Positions 1-9,756 of a stretch of 64,000 nt of DNA are shown one piece after another. This DNA is from Candidatus Poribacteria bacterium (GTDB lineage: Bacteria; Poribacteria; WGA-4E; WGA-3G), in the NCBI GenBank assembly GCA_965197475.1, contig CBDANF010000002.1, positions 608,001 to 672,000 of the forward strand, given 5' to 3'. Position 1 is the stretch's first letter. Each line of letters starts with the position of its first letter. The position numbers were made by a program, and so were the translations under genes. The notes beneath the pieces are model-generated. The model did no database searches, was not told the origin of the DNA, and saw only the letters and a program-made list of their open reading frames with translations.

Positions 1-1565
1 ATTTCAAGCGTGATTTCTCCGAATGAAATGCCCGAGTAATTGCATGCAGTCACACCCGCATTCGTGTGCCCTGTTATCGCTAAAGTTTTCTTGTGTAAAC
101 TGTCTAACGATAGCGACTTTACCTTAGAACCCGGGATTTTTATCACAAGGTTACCCGTATCCGGATCAATTTGATAATGCTTACTGGTTCCGCTTGGGTT
201 TTTCATGAAACACGTTAGGTGAGTACAGTGGCGGTTGATGTTGTGATCATGCAAGACTTCGTGTGCGATCGTGTTATTGATCCGAAATTTTTTGCCGGCA
301 TCTATCTTGGCCTGTGTTCCCAATTTCCACTTATAATTTTTCGCCCTATTCTCATAAGCTGTCCTCTCTCCGGGAGTTTTAGCTTTTTCAGCATATTTTA
401 AATATTGTGCCTTACCCTGCGCATCGTATGCGTTCTTCGCCTTTACGTACGCCTCGTCAACTTTACGCTCTATACTATCAACAAAAACCTTTATTTTTGT
501 GTATCGCGATGGAGAACCGCCCGATGTCTGTCCGAATCGGTTGCGTGGGTTGTCATCTTGTTTACCGCGTGTGATTCGTATTGCCCAGACAGGGTTGGCA
601 CCAGGGAAATCTGAGTTGAAGTTTACCCTGCCCGTGTCTTCACTAACACTCTCTGCGAGTAAATTACCGTTAAAGACTTCCCCCCACGGTTCGTTAACAA
701 TAGACCAACCACTGTTTTCAATTTCAAAAGGTGTCAGCTTGTAATATAGATGCTTATTGATCGATGGGGTGTTACCAAGCTCATAGTCTTCCATACTACT
801 ATCGGAGCAATACATGACATCTTTTTGTGTGGGGTCAAGTCGTGTGACCGCTGCGTCGGTGCTTTTGGTGAAAATGCCGCGGTATTCATCGTATATAATC
901 CACCCGTCACCAATGTTCTTGTTCTTGTCGTCGGGGGCAACTTCATCGTCAAGTGTCGGGTCATAGCCGTTTTTACCATTGGCGAGAGGGGTGTTTTGGT
1001 TTATATCAAATTTCGATTCATCTACGTTACCATTTTCGTCCATAAGTTTCGGCCAGTTATCTGCAATCCCGTTCTCATTTTCATCAAACGGGATACACTT
1101 TGTATCCGTCATTGCCATGCCACCGTCCCTTGGTGTCACCGTGACAGTGACGCTGCCAGAAGCAGCCCAGTCATAACAACGGCTTGTGATCGTGGCAGGG
1201 ACGTTCTGAGAGTTGGCATCGGTCCCATATACATAGCTGAGTTGGGATTCCCCAACATAAGTCCACCCATCATTGTCGTCCGGGTGAAACTTTAGGTCAT
1301 TTTCAGTTGTCACGCCAAAATTTGCAGCGTACCCTTTATAGTTCGTTGGATCAAGATCAACAACAATATCGTAGTATTTATTTCCTGCCAAACCATCTAC
1401 CTGCAGCGAAAATGAAAACGTGTTGTAATGGTCTTCATTTTGGGGGTGTCCCCCTTCGGGATATTTATCGCCATCAAAGTTTTGCGTCAGTGTGACAGTA
1501 ACCGCATGAGCCGACAGTGCAATAGACAATAGAAGTGTCAGTGTGAAAAAAGTCAAACGTCTCAT
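1..1565 (-). CDS. Secreted zinc metalloprotease, metzincin-like (3'-partial, runs off window start; absent from ORF track)
   Basis: Manual translation from ATG 1565 (RBS AAGGAG) is open to position 1. Signal peptide MRRLTFFTLTLLLSIALSAHA; motifs CYDWAASG, IPFDENENGIADNW, DEYRG, DTGRV, VWAIRI, HEVLHDHNINRHC-x4-CFM (HExxH at 263-249). Colinear with the 32713..34335 protein. Confidence 0.85.
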   Translation of the reverse strand, partial: MRRLTFFTLTLLLSIALSAHAVTVTLTQNFDGDKYPEGGHPQNEDHYNTFSFSLQVDGLAGNKYYDIVVDLDPTNYKGYAANFGVTTENDLKFHPDDNDGWTYVGESQLSYVYGTDANSQNVPATITSRCYDWAASGSVTVTVTPRDGGMAMTDTKCIPFDENENGIADNWPKLMDENGNVDESKFDINQNTPLANGKNGYDPTLDDEVAPDDKNKNIGDGWIIYDEYRGIFTKSTDAAVTRLDPTQKDVMYCSDSSMEDYELGNTPSINKHLYYKLTPFEIENSGWSIVNEPWGEVFNGNLLAESVSEDTGRVNFNSDFPGANPVWAIRITRGKQDDNPRNRFGQTSGGSPSRYTKIKVFVDSIERKVDEAYVKAKNAYDAQGKAQYLKYAEKAKTPGERTAYENRAKNYKWKLGTQAKIDAGKKFRINNTIAHEVLHDHNINRHCTHLTCFMKNPSGTSKHYQIDPDTGNLVIKIPGSKVKSLSLDSLHKKTLAITGHTNAGVTACNYSGISFGEITLE

Positions 1566-1578
1566 CAGTATATCTCCT

Positions 1579-2874
1579 TTATTTAGTGGTGCGTCGTGGA
1601 CGCTGTGAGCGTTGTTTCGACATCGCTTTCGCGAGGTCCGGGTCAATCTTTTGTAGATGCGGGATCGCATCTGTCTTGCCATGGCGCTGCATCGTTTCAA
1701 ACGCACGGATCAACCGATCCGAACTAAAATCGGGACTTTCGCCACGTAGCTGCTTTGCCATCTCACGCATCAAAAAATCTTCTAAATCCGCAGGAGATTT
1801 GGCATTCTCTATCGTTTCCATCCATTGTAGAAAATCTTCAAACTCCTGCTGTTGGCGTTGCACAAAGGCATCGCGCATTTGCTGCGCAGCAACAGCACGC
1901 GGTGCATCGGCAGCAGGAGAACCACCCGGAGCAGATACAGTGTCAACAGGCATAGCCTGCGGATCAAACGCACCATCTACATCCGCATCAGGCGATGTAT
2001 CAACAGGAAAATCGGGTAAGAGCGGTAAATTAAAAGGATCCGATAACGACTCGTCAAACGCCTCCACTTCAGACGGAGGACCATATACCGGAAAACCTCT
2101 TTCAATGGCTTCAATATGGGCAACGATTGTGTCATCGTTTTCCCAGTATCTACCGGGGTTCGCGTTTACCAGGGTTTGTGCCGCTTTGAGATGCACAAGT
2201 GCAGAGTCGTAATCACCGACCCTTTGATATGCCATCCCTAAATTCGTATGAATTTCTTCAGGTTCCGTCCAAAGACCATACCAGGAATTCGATGCATACA
2301 AATCAACGTATTTGAGGGCTTCTTTCGCGTAGACGATAGATTCTTCCGGGGAGTCTGCCTGTGTCAACTGTGCTAAATCTTGAAGCAGACGGGGAGAATC
2401 CGGATGGTATTTCAGCATCTCTTTATACTGGGGCAGTTCATTCCGGCTGCCCCAAGGAATACGTTTATTATTTTTGTCATACTTTGTAAAGTCATATCTC
2501 GCCTCAAGTGCTAATTCGGAATACGGATATGCTTCTATAAGACGCAAGTTGGCTTTACGTCTATCCTCTGGAGGGCCATGCATTATTTTCCTTTCGAGGT
2601 CTGCGTAGGTCCACATTTCACCGTCTACGGAGACGGCTTCCGGTTCGGGGGGCACCGTGCGATGCCACTCGTCACCATGCCAGTGACCTGTCGCATACGT
2701 TTCGCCGTCGGGCGGGGGTTTGAGAACCACTTTTTTGACATCTTGTGTCGCAATATCTGGCACTTTGTAGATTTTAATCGGTTCGGTGTCTCTATCCCGT
2801 ATTAACAAAACTGCGATAACACCGATGAGTCCGATGATGAGGGAACAAAACCCCCATATCATTTTTTTAGACAT
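1579..2874 (-). CDS. N-terminally membrane-anchored TPR protein with conserved helical C-terminal domain
   Basis: N-terminal TM helix, GHWHGDEWH motif, TPR-like LGMAYQRVGDYDSALVHLKAA. C-terminal domain homologous to 31524..32654. Confidence 0.75.
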   Translation of the reverse strand: MSKKMIWGFCSLIIGLIGVIAVLLIRDRDTEPIKIYKVPDIATQDVKKVVLKPPPDGETYATGHWHGDEWHRTVPPEPEAVSVDGEMWTYADLERKIMHGPPEDRRKANLRLIEAYPYSELALEARYDFTKYDKNNKRIPWGSRNELPQYKEMLKYHPDSPRLLQDLAQLTQADSPEESIVYAKEALKYVDLYASNSWYGLWTEPEEIHTNLGMAYQRVGDYDSALVHLKAAQTLVNANPGRYWENDDTIVAHIEAIERGFPVYGPPSEVEAFDESLSDPFNLPLLPDFPVDTSPDADVDGAFDPQAMPVDTVSAPGGSPAADAPRAVAAQQMRDAFVQRQQQEFEDFLQWMETIENAKSPADLEDFLMREMAKQLRGESPDFSSDRLIRAFETMQRHGKTDAIPHLQKIDPDLAKAMSKQRSQRPRRTTK

Positions 2875-2906
2875 GTCAGTTCTCCTTATTATAGAGCGTT
2901 AGCCTG

Positions 2907-3338
2907 TTATTTCGCTGCGTCCAGCGAGCAGGGCGGTATGGTTGATTTTGGACAAGGCGTTTCCTGTTTTTCCAATATGATACTGTCAGATCGGGGTTGT
3001 TCTGTGCAGTCAAGTTTATCCATCTGTGTTGCGCGTGTCATTTTAATAGCACCGGACAGAATAACCCCGCTAATCAAAACGAGAACCACTGCAGTGATGA
3101 GTCTCCGCCTGTTTTTCCGGTGTTGTAGTTTGTGGAAAACAGACGAGGTTTTTTCAACCTGTTGTGTATCAAGTTGTTTTAAGGACAAGAATCCCCACAG
3201 CGAGATAGCGAGTGCAACGATACTGAGGCGGATTCCGTGATCCTCAAAAAAGAGTGCAAAGAACGAGATAACGATGAGTCCGCCAAATGCAGCCATAGCT
3301 GCCAAATTAACGTTTGCTGTAAAAAATTTCTTTTTCAC
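2907..3338 (-). CDS. Hypothetical membrane protein (3 TM segments)
   Basis: ORF 2907..3368; GTG at 3338 preceded by AGGAGA is the likelier start. Three hydrophobic segments. Confidence 0.55.
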   Translation of the reverse strand: MKKKFFTANVNLAAMAAFGGLIVISFFALFFEDHGIRLSIVALAISLWGFLSLKQLDTQQVEKTSSVFHKLQHRKNRRRLITAVVLVLISGVILSGAIKMTRATQMDKLDCTEQPRSDSIILEKQETPCPKSTIPPCSLDAAK

Positions 3339-3430
3339 AATTATATCTCCTCTGTTAAAATTTTTCAAGTAAAATCAGACAAATATTCAAACGCGATTCA
3401 GCATAAATAGCGTCTATTTCCATAAACAAC

Positions 3431-3561
3431 CAGGACTTACGCAATGTATTCAAAAGTCCCACTGATAAGGGGATTTAGGGGGTTAAATCACTGAAATAAC
3501 GACTTTTTAACCCCCCTAACCCCCCTAACCCCCCTTATCAAGGGGGAATGCGTAAGTCCTG
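3431..3561. mobile_element. MITE with 13-bp TIR CAGGACTTACGCA
   Basis: CAGGACTTACGCA...TGCGTAAGTCCTG flanked by direct repeat AACAAC (3425-3430, 3562-3567). Interior holds (TAACCCCCC)x3 and a CCCCCTTATCAAGGGGG palindrome. Confidence 0.8.
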
Positions 3562-4084
3562 AACAACAAAAGCCCGCGACGAGACACTCCGTATGAAATG
3601 AAGTGCGGGCGCGAAGATATCGCAGCTGCTAACGTCTGCGATAAGACTTTGTCCAATAAATTGATTGAAATTAACGAATGTGAAGTGGGGGGGGTATTAA
3701 CTTATAGTTAAAATTCGCCAACCGACGTATGCCGCGTGGACGAATCCTGCTCAGGTGGCAGATGTCCGATGTGGTCACTTTCTGGATTGTGGTATAAATA
3801 TGTCGGTCCTTCATTGTTAAATCCCCTAATGCAAAATATGGTTAACGACGGTGTAACTTCCTCACTACAAATTTGTGTTACACGCGCATAATTCCCATAT
3901 ATACCCTATTCAACGTATGTATTGCAAGATAGAGTACAGAAAATTTCAACTTTTTCTAAAAACTCGGAAAATTTTAGGTATTTACATCATTGCAATTTTC
4001 CTTGCAATTTTCTTCTCTTTTTGGCAAAATAAGCACAACGACAGAAAAATCTTGATATTGAATCCTCAACTTAGGTATAAGTAA

Positions 4085-5716
4085 ATGGCTACACAAAAAA
4101 TCGTCGTAATCATACTTTTTGTCTGTTTTTCAACCGTAGGAATTTTGAGCGTTTCAGCTGAAACTGCCGATTCAGGGACGCATTGGCTTATGGTTGATGC
4201 TACGCCGGATGGGCGTGCGAGTTCCCTGTTAAATACGTTGGGCGATCTGTTAATGAAAAAGGGAAAGGTGCCGCAAGAACATATTCATCGTCTTGAAGGC
4301 GAGGCGGCAACTCATGATGAAATACATGCGGCGTTAGTTGAGATTGGGAACAATCTTGCTGAAAAACAGACATTCGTTTTTCTTTACCACGGTGAAGTGT
4401 CCAAGCCGCGTGGTGTCAACGCGATGCATCTTTCAACGCAATCAGAAGAAACTATTGAAGACTCTGTTCTGAATAAATGGTTCAAAGATGCAGGTATAGG
4501 TCGCGCGCTTGTCCTCATTGATGGTTATGCAAACGATGAGCATCTTTCCGTCTACTATGCGAACAGAGAAACTCTCGGCAGTGCTGCACTAAACGTAATC
4601 CAACCGCCTGAGGCAACAGGTAAGAATGCTTTTCTTCAGGGGCTAATTGATGCCTTATCTGAAGAAAAAATAGATGCAGACGATAACAGACATATTAGTA
4701 TTATCGAAATATATCAGCAATTAGAGACAAACAGTGCTTTTCAACAAGCAATTTTTGCTCCCACAGGGGATGTTGAGGAAACGGTAATGAAAATCAGTCC
4801 TGCCATTAAAGTTACTACGTTTCCAGAGGGTGCACAGATTCTGCTAAATGAAAAAGAAAGCGGATTGACACCGAAGCTTTTCACGGAAAACTTACAGCCA
4901 GGGACCTATACTGTTTCTGTTAGAAAAGCTGGCTATAATAGTCCAGAGGCTAAAACTGCTGAATTGAAGTTAGCGCAGGGCGAAGTTATAAATTTTGCGT
5001 GGGCACTCAATCCGATTTCTGTTTTCGGCACTGTTACCGGTCCCTTCAATGTATCAGTTGTTGGTACGCAGATTTCAATAGAGGGAACTGAATATGTCGC
5101 GCTCGTAGGAGAAGATGGCACCTATTCATTTCAAGACTGGAAGGTCCAATATCCGCTAACCCCTGGTGTGGAGTACACGCTTTACGCAAAGCAAGGGGAC
5201 TTCTATTACGGTTCAGTAACTTTCACCTTCGGTGGTTACACTGCAATAGAGCAACCGATCCAGTTGGTCAAAAAAACATGGTTTGAGATTGCGGAATTTG
5301 AATTTAGTCGGAATGACCATCAAAAAGCGGTATTAGCCTTTCAAAAAGGGATTGAGGTGACGACAGATTTTCCACAGATGTCAGAAGATTTAACAGTTTT
5401 GCTGTTTACTACCTTCGCTGATGCTATTGACCGTTCAGAAATTCAGGACGTTAACTATATTGTTGTCACAGCAAAGTTAGCGGAAGCATATCAACCGGAA
5501 CTCGCCAAAAAGTATTGGCAACAGGTGAAATTAAAAGCAGAAAAGGGAAGTTCCGCTGCGAAATTAGCTGGGCAGCGTTTGTGGCAGATGAATCCCTGGC
5601 GCAATATTATGAATATCGGCATCGTCTGTCTGTTGATTCTTATCATTGCCTCTGGTGTATGGACATTCTACCGATATCGAAAATCAAAGCAAACAGAGGC
5701 AGAAAAAGATGCGTGA
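4085..5716 (+). CDS. PEGA-domain surface protein with degenerate caspase-like N-domain and C-terminal TM anchor
   Basis: Signal peptide; PEGA motif VTTFPEGAQILLNEKESGLTPK...PGTYTVSVRKAGY; C-terminal hydrophobic helix followed by basic tail. Confidence 0.65.
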   Translation: MATQKIVVIILFVCFSTVGILSVSAETADSGTHWLMVDATPDGRASSLLNTLGDLLMKKGKVPQEHIHRLEGEAATHDEIHAALVEIGNNLAEKQTFVFLYHGEVSKPRGVNAMHLSTQSEETIEDSVLNKWFKDAGIGRALVLIDGYANDEHLSVYYANRETLGSAALNVIQPPEATGKNAFLQGLIDALSEEKIDADDNRHISIIEIYQQLETNSAFQQAIFAPTGDVEETVMKISPAIKVTTFPEGAQILLNEKESGLTPKLFTENLQPGTYTVSVRKAGYNSPEAKTAELKLAQGEVINFAWALNPISVFGTVTGPFNVSVVGTQISIEGTEYVALVGEDGTYSFQDWKVQYPLTPGVEYTLYAKQGDFYYGSVTFTFGGYTAIEQPIQLVKKTWFEIAEFEFSRNDHQKAVLAFQKGIEVTTDFPQMSEDLTVLLFTTFADAIDRSEIQDVNYIVVTAKLAEAYQPELAKKYWQQVKLKAEKGSSAAKLAGQRLWQMNPWRNIMNIGIVCLLILIIASGVWTFYRYRKSKQTEAEKDA

Positions 5717-7157
5717 AAACCCACCCAACATACTCTGGATATGTAGCGACCAACAACGATTTGATACTTTAGGTTGCTACGGAAATCCTTATGTCCAAAC
5801 ACCGAATTTAGACAATTTAGCGCAGGAAGGCGTGCTTTTTGAACATGCTTACTCGCAAAGTCCTGTTTGCACACCGAGCAGGGCAAGTTTCCTCACTGGA
5901 CGATACCCACGCACGACACGATGTCGGCAAAATGGGCAGGCGATTCCACCAGATGAAATGCTGGTGACGAAACTGCTCCAGGACGCTGGCTACGTATGTG
6001 GATTGGCAGGCAAACTTCACCTTGCCCCGTGCAACCCTCGCGTCTGCAAAGGCACAGAACAACGGATTGATGATGACTATGACCAGTTTTTCTGGTCACA
6101 TGATCCAAGCGATGCCTGGTTCACACACGATTATATTCAGTGGCTCAGGGACAAAGGGCTGCGCCGAGACAGCACACCGTTTGCCGATTCGAAATATGTC
6201 CGAGTGATTCCATCAGAGAAACATAGTCAAACGACATGGAGTATTGAACGGGCAATGTCGTTCATTAGCGGCGCAGAACGATTTAAGCAACCGTGGCTTT
6301 TTTCGGTGAATATGTTTGACCCGCACCATGCGTTTGATCCGCCAGTAGAAGCGTTAGAGCGGTATCGCGATATGTTAGGCGATATCCCGTTGCCGAACTA
6401 TGTTGAAGGTGAACTTGAAAATAAACCAATTTGGCAGCAAATTGACAACGACGGTGCTTATGGCGGAAAATCGGGATATCCTTACAGAGAAATGAGCGAA
6501 ACAGACCACCGTTGGGTGACCGCTGCGTATTGGGCAATGATTGACGTAATTGACACGCAAGTTGGAAGACTGCTTGACTTTTTGGAAGAAACAGGACAGA
6601 GAGAAAACACGATTGTTATCTTCACATCTGACCACGGGGAGATGCTTGGCGATCATGGAATCTATCTGAAGGGACCTTATTTTTATGAACCTGCCATCCG
6701 CGTGCCGCTGATTATCTCAGGGCCAGGGATGTTGAATAACGGTGCACGTTCGGATGCTCTCGTGGAATTGGTGGATTTAGCACCGACACTTCTGGAAGCG
6801 AGCAATTTGGAGCGTTACCCCGGCATGCAAGGGCAAAGTCTGCTACCGATGCTGACAGGTGAAAAAAGTCTGGATTCGCATCGCGACGATGTCTACTGTG
6901 AGTATTATAACGCGATGGGATGGCATCGTGAACCCGCTGCAAACGCGACAATGGTGCGGAACGAACGGTATAAGTTAGTCGTGGCACACGGCACAGATGG
7001 CAGTGAACTCTATGATCTGGTAGAAGATCCAAAAGAGACACACAACCTCTAGGATCATTCAGGTTACACGGATGTTAAACTGGAAATGCAAGAGCGGTTA
7101 ATCCATCGGATGGCATGGACAGTGGATCCGCTACCAGAACGTCAAGCACCTTGGTAG
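5709..7157 (+). CDS. Cys-type sulfatase with premature in-frame TAG at 7050-7052 (34 further codons to TAG 7155-7157)
   Basis: PNILWICSDQQR, CTPSRASFLTGRYP, GKLH, FTSDHG. After the TAG the frame continues DHSGYTDVKLEMQERLIHRMAWTVDPLPERQAPW, a typical sulfatase C-terminal helix. Confidence 0.85.
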
Positions 7158-7198
7158 ATCGGATAGCAGATACAATGTAAAAGAGGTGAAAGTTAAAA

Positions 7199-7837
7199 TT
7201 GAAGTATCTTCAGCCATTATCCAGGTTTGCATCAACACAATTCATGCTGCTACGGTTAAAACAAGCATTACTAATCTACGTCTTGTTTTTCTGCTGGTTT
7301 GTAGTTGGTTTAGATGCGAATGCTGATAATATTTTAGCACAATGGGATCAGCAGCTCTTTGATCGTTTCTACGACGCGCCTCCGCATAGCGAGTCGATGT
7401 GGACCGTTATGGAAGGGATCTCAGAGGTTGGGCATTATCGCTCAGTCATGGGATTATCAATTTTACTCATGGCGTACGGAGATGAGGATCATCAGAGGAC
7501 AGGACGATTGTTATCCTCAGCATACATAAGCGCGGGGGTTATGACGTACGGAATAAAACGGTTGACTCGTAGGAAACGACCACTTGATGAAACCCTTGGG
7601 AATCCGTCCCTGCCATCAGGACATGCGACTATCGCTTTTAGCGCGGCAACGATTTTAGGCTATCGGTATCCGAAATGGCGAATTCCACTGTATATTGGGG
7701 CAGGATTAGTGGGTTTTTCGCGAATTTATCTTGGACGGCACTATACTTCAGATGTGTTAACTGGTGCAGCGATAGGTACTGTGATGGGAGTGATTGTCTG
7801 GAATAACCGCGTAACGTTGTTGCAGTGGGAGTTTTAG
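7199..7837 (+). CDS. PAP2-family phosphatase
   Basis: Motifs KRLTRRKRP, PSGH, SRIYLGRHYTSDV. Confidence 0.9.
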   Translation: MKYLQPLSRFASTQFMLLRLKQALLIYVLFFCWFVVGLDANADNILAQWDQQLFDRFYDAPPHSESMWTVMEGISEVGHYRSVMGLSILLMAYGDEDHQRTGRLLSSAYISAGVMTYGIKRLTRRKRPLDETLGNPSLPSGHATIAFSAATILGYRYPKWRIPLYIGAGLVGFSRIYLGRHYTSDVLTGAAIGTVMGVIVWNNRVTLLQWEF

Positions 7838-7896
7838 ATTATAGGTATAAATTTAGCTAATCTCTAAGCACGGTAGGTTTGGTTAGGAAACTGCTC

Positions 7897-8164
7897 CATA
7901 GGTGTCAATTTAGGGATATATTTTCTTGTGGGAGGGAAACCTTCTAAGCCAGATTTTTACATCTTGAGTTCCGTAGGAACGAAATGTTTATAGCAAACGT
8001 GATAAATTAATCTCTTGAGCTCCGTAGGAGCGACATAGATTCTATAAACATTCCACCTCTACGAGGTTCAAGAGCGTGTTTGCCGTGTTTTCTATAAACA
8101 TTCCGCCTCTACGAGACTATACACATTCACAAAATAGATTCATTTTCTTAAATTGATGCCTATG
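7897..8164. mobile_element. MITE with CATAGGTGTCAATTTA-type TIR inserted in a REP hairpin
   Basis: CATAGGTGTCAATTTAG...CTTAAATTGATGCCTATG; 20-bp direct repeat GTTYGGTTAGGAAACTGCTC at 7877-7896 and 8165-8184. Confidence 0.75.
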
Positions 8165-8191
8165 GTTCGGTTAGGAAACTGCTCCTACCGG

Positions 8192-9673
8192 TCATGGGTT
8201 GTCAAGCGTGTTCACGTTGTTCTCAGGTTTGGTATAGTCCACAAATGCTGTTGGATCGGTTCCGTTGAGGTATTCCTCAATGTTGGTGTATCCGTCTCTG
8301 TCCTTGTCCTTTGCGGCATTGGAAGCATCATGAGGATCAAAGCCGTACCGCTTTTCCCATTCGTCGGGCATACCATCACTATCACTATCAAGGGGCGCAG
8401 GTAGACTCTTGAGTTCCGGCCACCCTCCGACATCTTTCTGTGAATCAATAATACCGCATTTTTTTGATTTATCCGGCACACGCACTTTCTTTTTGTATGT
8501 TTCCCCTTCATAAGTTGCATAGCCGTTACGGGTTTCGTCAACAATGCGCGTATCTATTGCATCGCGTTTGGGCAGTGATGCACCTACACTGTCAAGAACA
8601 GAATGATATGCCTCTTCAGCGGTTTGCTGGTTGATAGGCATAGCGTCAAAAGGTTCGTGAAGTTTTAATCCGGCAATATGTGAACTGCCACCTTCAGGCT
8701 GCACGCCCCTGTCCCAGTTATTCGCAGTAACTGCTGTGTTGCCATGAACAACATTCTCTGCTACATACCATTTGCCAAAACCATCGTCCGAACCACGCGA
8801 TGACGGATTAACGATACGGTGTGTATTCTTGCCCGGAGAAGTTGCAGGTCCAGGCTTAAAATAGTTTGCCACCATGTTGACAACGGTAAAGTTTAATTTC
8901 TCATTGCCTGGTTGCTCTTTTTCACCGCCGTAAGCACTGTTATAACCCCAGTTATATATCACGTTATTTCTGAAATCGTTATATCCGCAACCTGAAGCAA
9001 AACGGGGATTGCGACTGCTGTGATGCGCCAACAGGTTATGATGGTACGTGCTACGGTTTGATCCCCATATTCCACCAAACCCATGTGTGCCTTTAGGATG
9101 ATTAGATTTGTACATACTTTCCGATACCAGACACCATTGAATGGTGACATTTTCGCAATGGTAAATAGACACTGTTTCATCAACACTCCAACTTGCCGAT
9201 ACATGGTCAAGGATAATGTTCTTCTGATACCTGCCCCCTATGGTATCTTTATCATCACCCGCCACATCTCCTACTCTCACCCTTATATACCTGATAATAA
9301 CCTCGCTGGCAATAATTGAGAGAGGATGTTTCTTAATGCAGATGCCATCTCCAGGGGCTGTCTGCCCGGCGATAGTGATATAGGGCTTGGATATTCTCAA
9401 CGCTTTTTCAAGGGTGATAGTGCCCGAAACCTTGAACACGACTATCCGTGGACCTTCAGCTTCGCATGCCTCGCGCAAGCTGCCTGGTCCGGAGTCGTTC
9501 AGATTCGTCACCAATATCACTTTTCCGCCCCTGCCGCCGCGAGTCATTGCGCCATAACCTTCCGCACCCGGAAAGGCAGGAACAAACGGCATATCTGCAG
9601 CAAATCCGTTTGGAATGAGTGTGAGGATGCCAAGACATATAAGGAGTAGGTATTTTATGATGTTGTATTTCAT
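8192..9673 (-). CDS. Pectate lyase (PL1-type beta-helix) with C-terminal Ca-binding DxDxDG repeats
   Basis: AFPGAEGYG, GGRGG, VTNLNDSGPGSLR, IAGQTAPG, ILDHVSASWSVDE, SRNPR; DSDSDGMPDEWE and DKDRDGYTNIEEYLNG. Confidence 0.9.
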   Translation of the reverse strand: MKYNIIKYLLLICLGILTLIPNGFAADMPFVPAFPGAEGYGAMTRGGRGGKVILVTNLNDSGPGSLREACEAEGPRIVVFKVSGTITLEKALRISKPYITIAGQTAPGDGICIKKHPLSIIASEVIIRYIRVRVGDVAGDDKDTIGGRYQKNIILDHVSASWSVDETVSIYHCENVTIQWCLVSESMYKSNHPKGTHGFGGIWGSNRSTYHHNLLAHHSSRNPRFASGCGYNDFRNNVIYNWGYNSAYGGEKEQPGNEKLNFTVVNMVANYFKPGPATSPGKNTHRIVNPSSRGSDDGFGKWYVAENVVHGNTAVTANNWDRGVQPEGGSSHIAGLKLHEPFDAMPINQQTAEEAYHSVLDSVGASLPKRDAIDTRIVDETRNGYATYEGETYKKKVRVPDKSKKCGIIDSQKDVGGWPELKSLPAPLDSDSDGMPDEWEKRYGFDPHDASNAAKDKDRDGYTNIEEYLNGTDPTAFVDYTKPENNVNTLDNP

Positions 9674-9756
9674 TGTAATTTGTTCCTTTCAGTTTTAGAG
9701 TGCAGATTTTACCTCTCCGCGCAGGATTTCAAGGTTGTTACCAAAGTATAGTTTCT

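Noticed and set aside
219-1495. Short ORFs in the track (219-401, 499-744, 734-979, 750-1295 and others)
   Set aside because: They are antisense or off-frame shadows of the real minus-strand gene 1565..<1.
7965-8120. CRISPR array from TCTATAAACATTCC / TATAAACATATCGTCCCTACGGGACT repeats (also 21588-21663)
   Set aside because: Only two copies each, inverted partners are present, there are no cas genes, and they behave as REP-like doublets.
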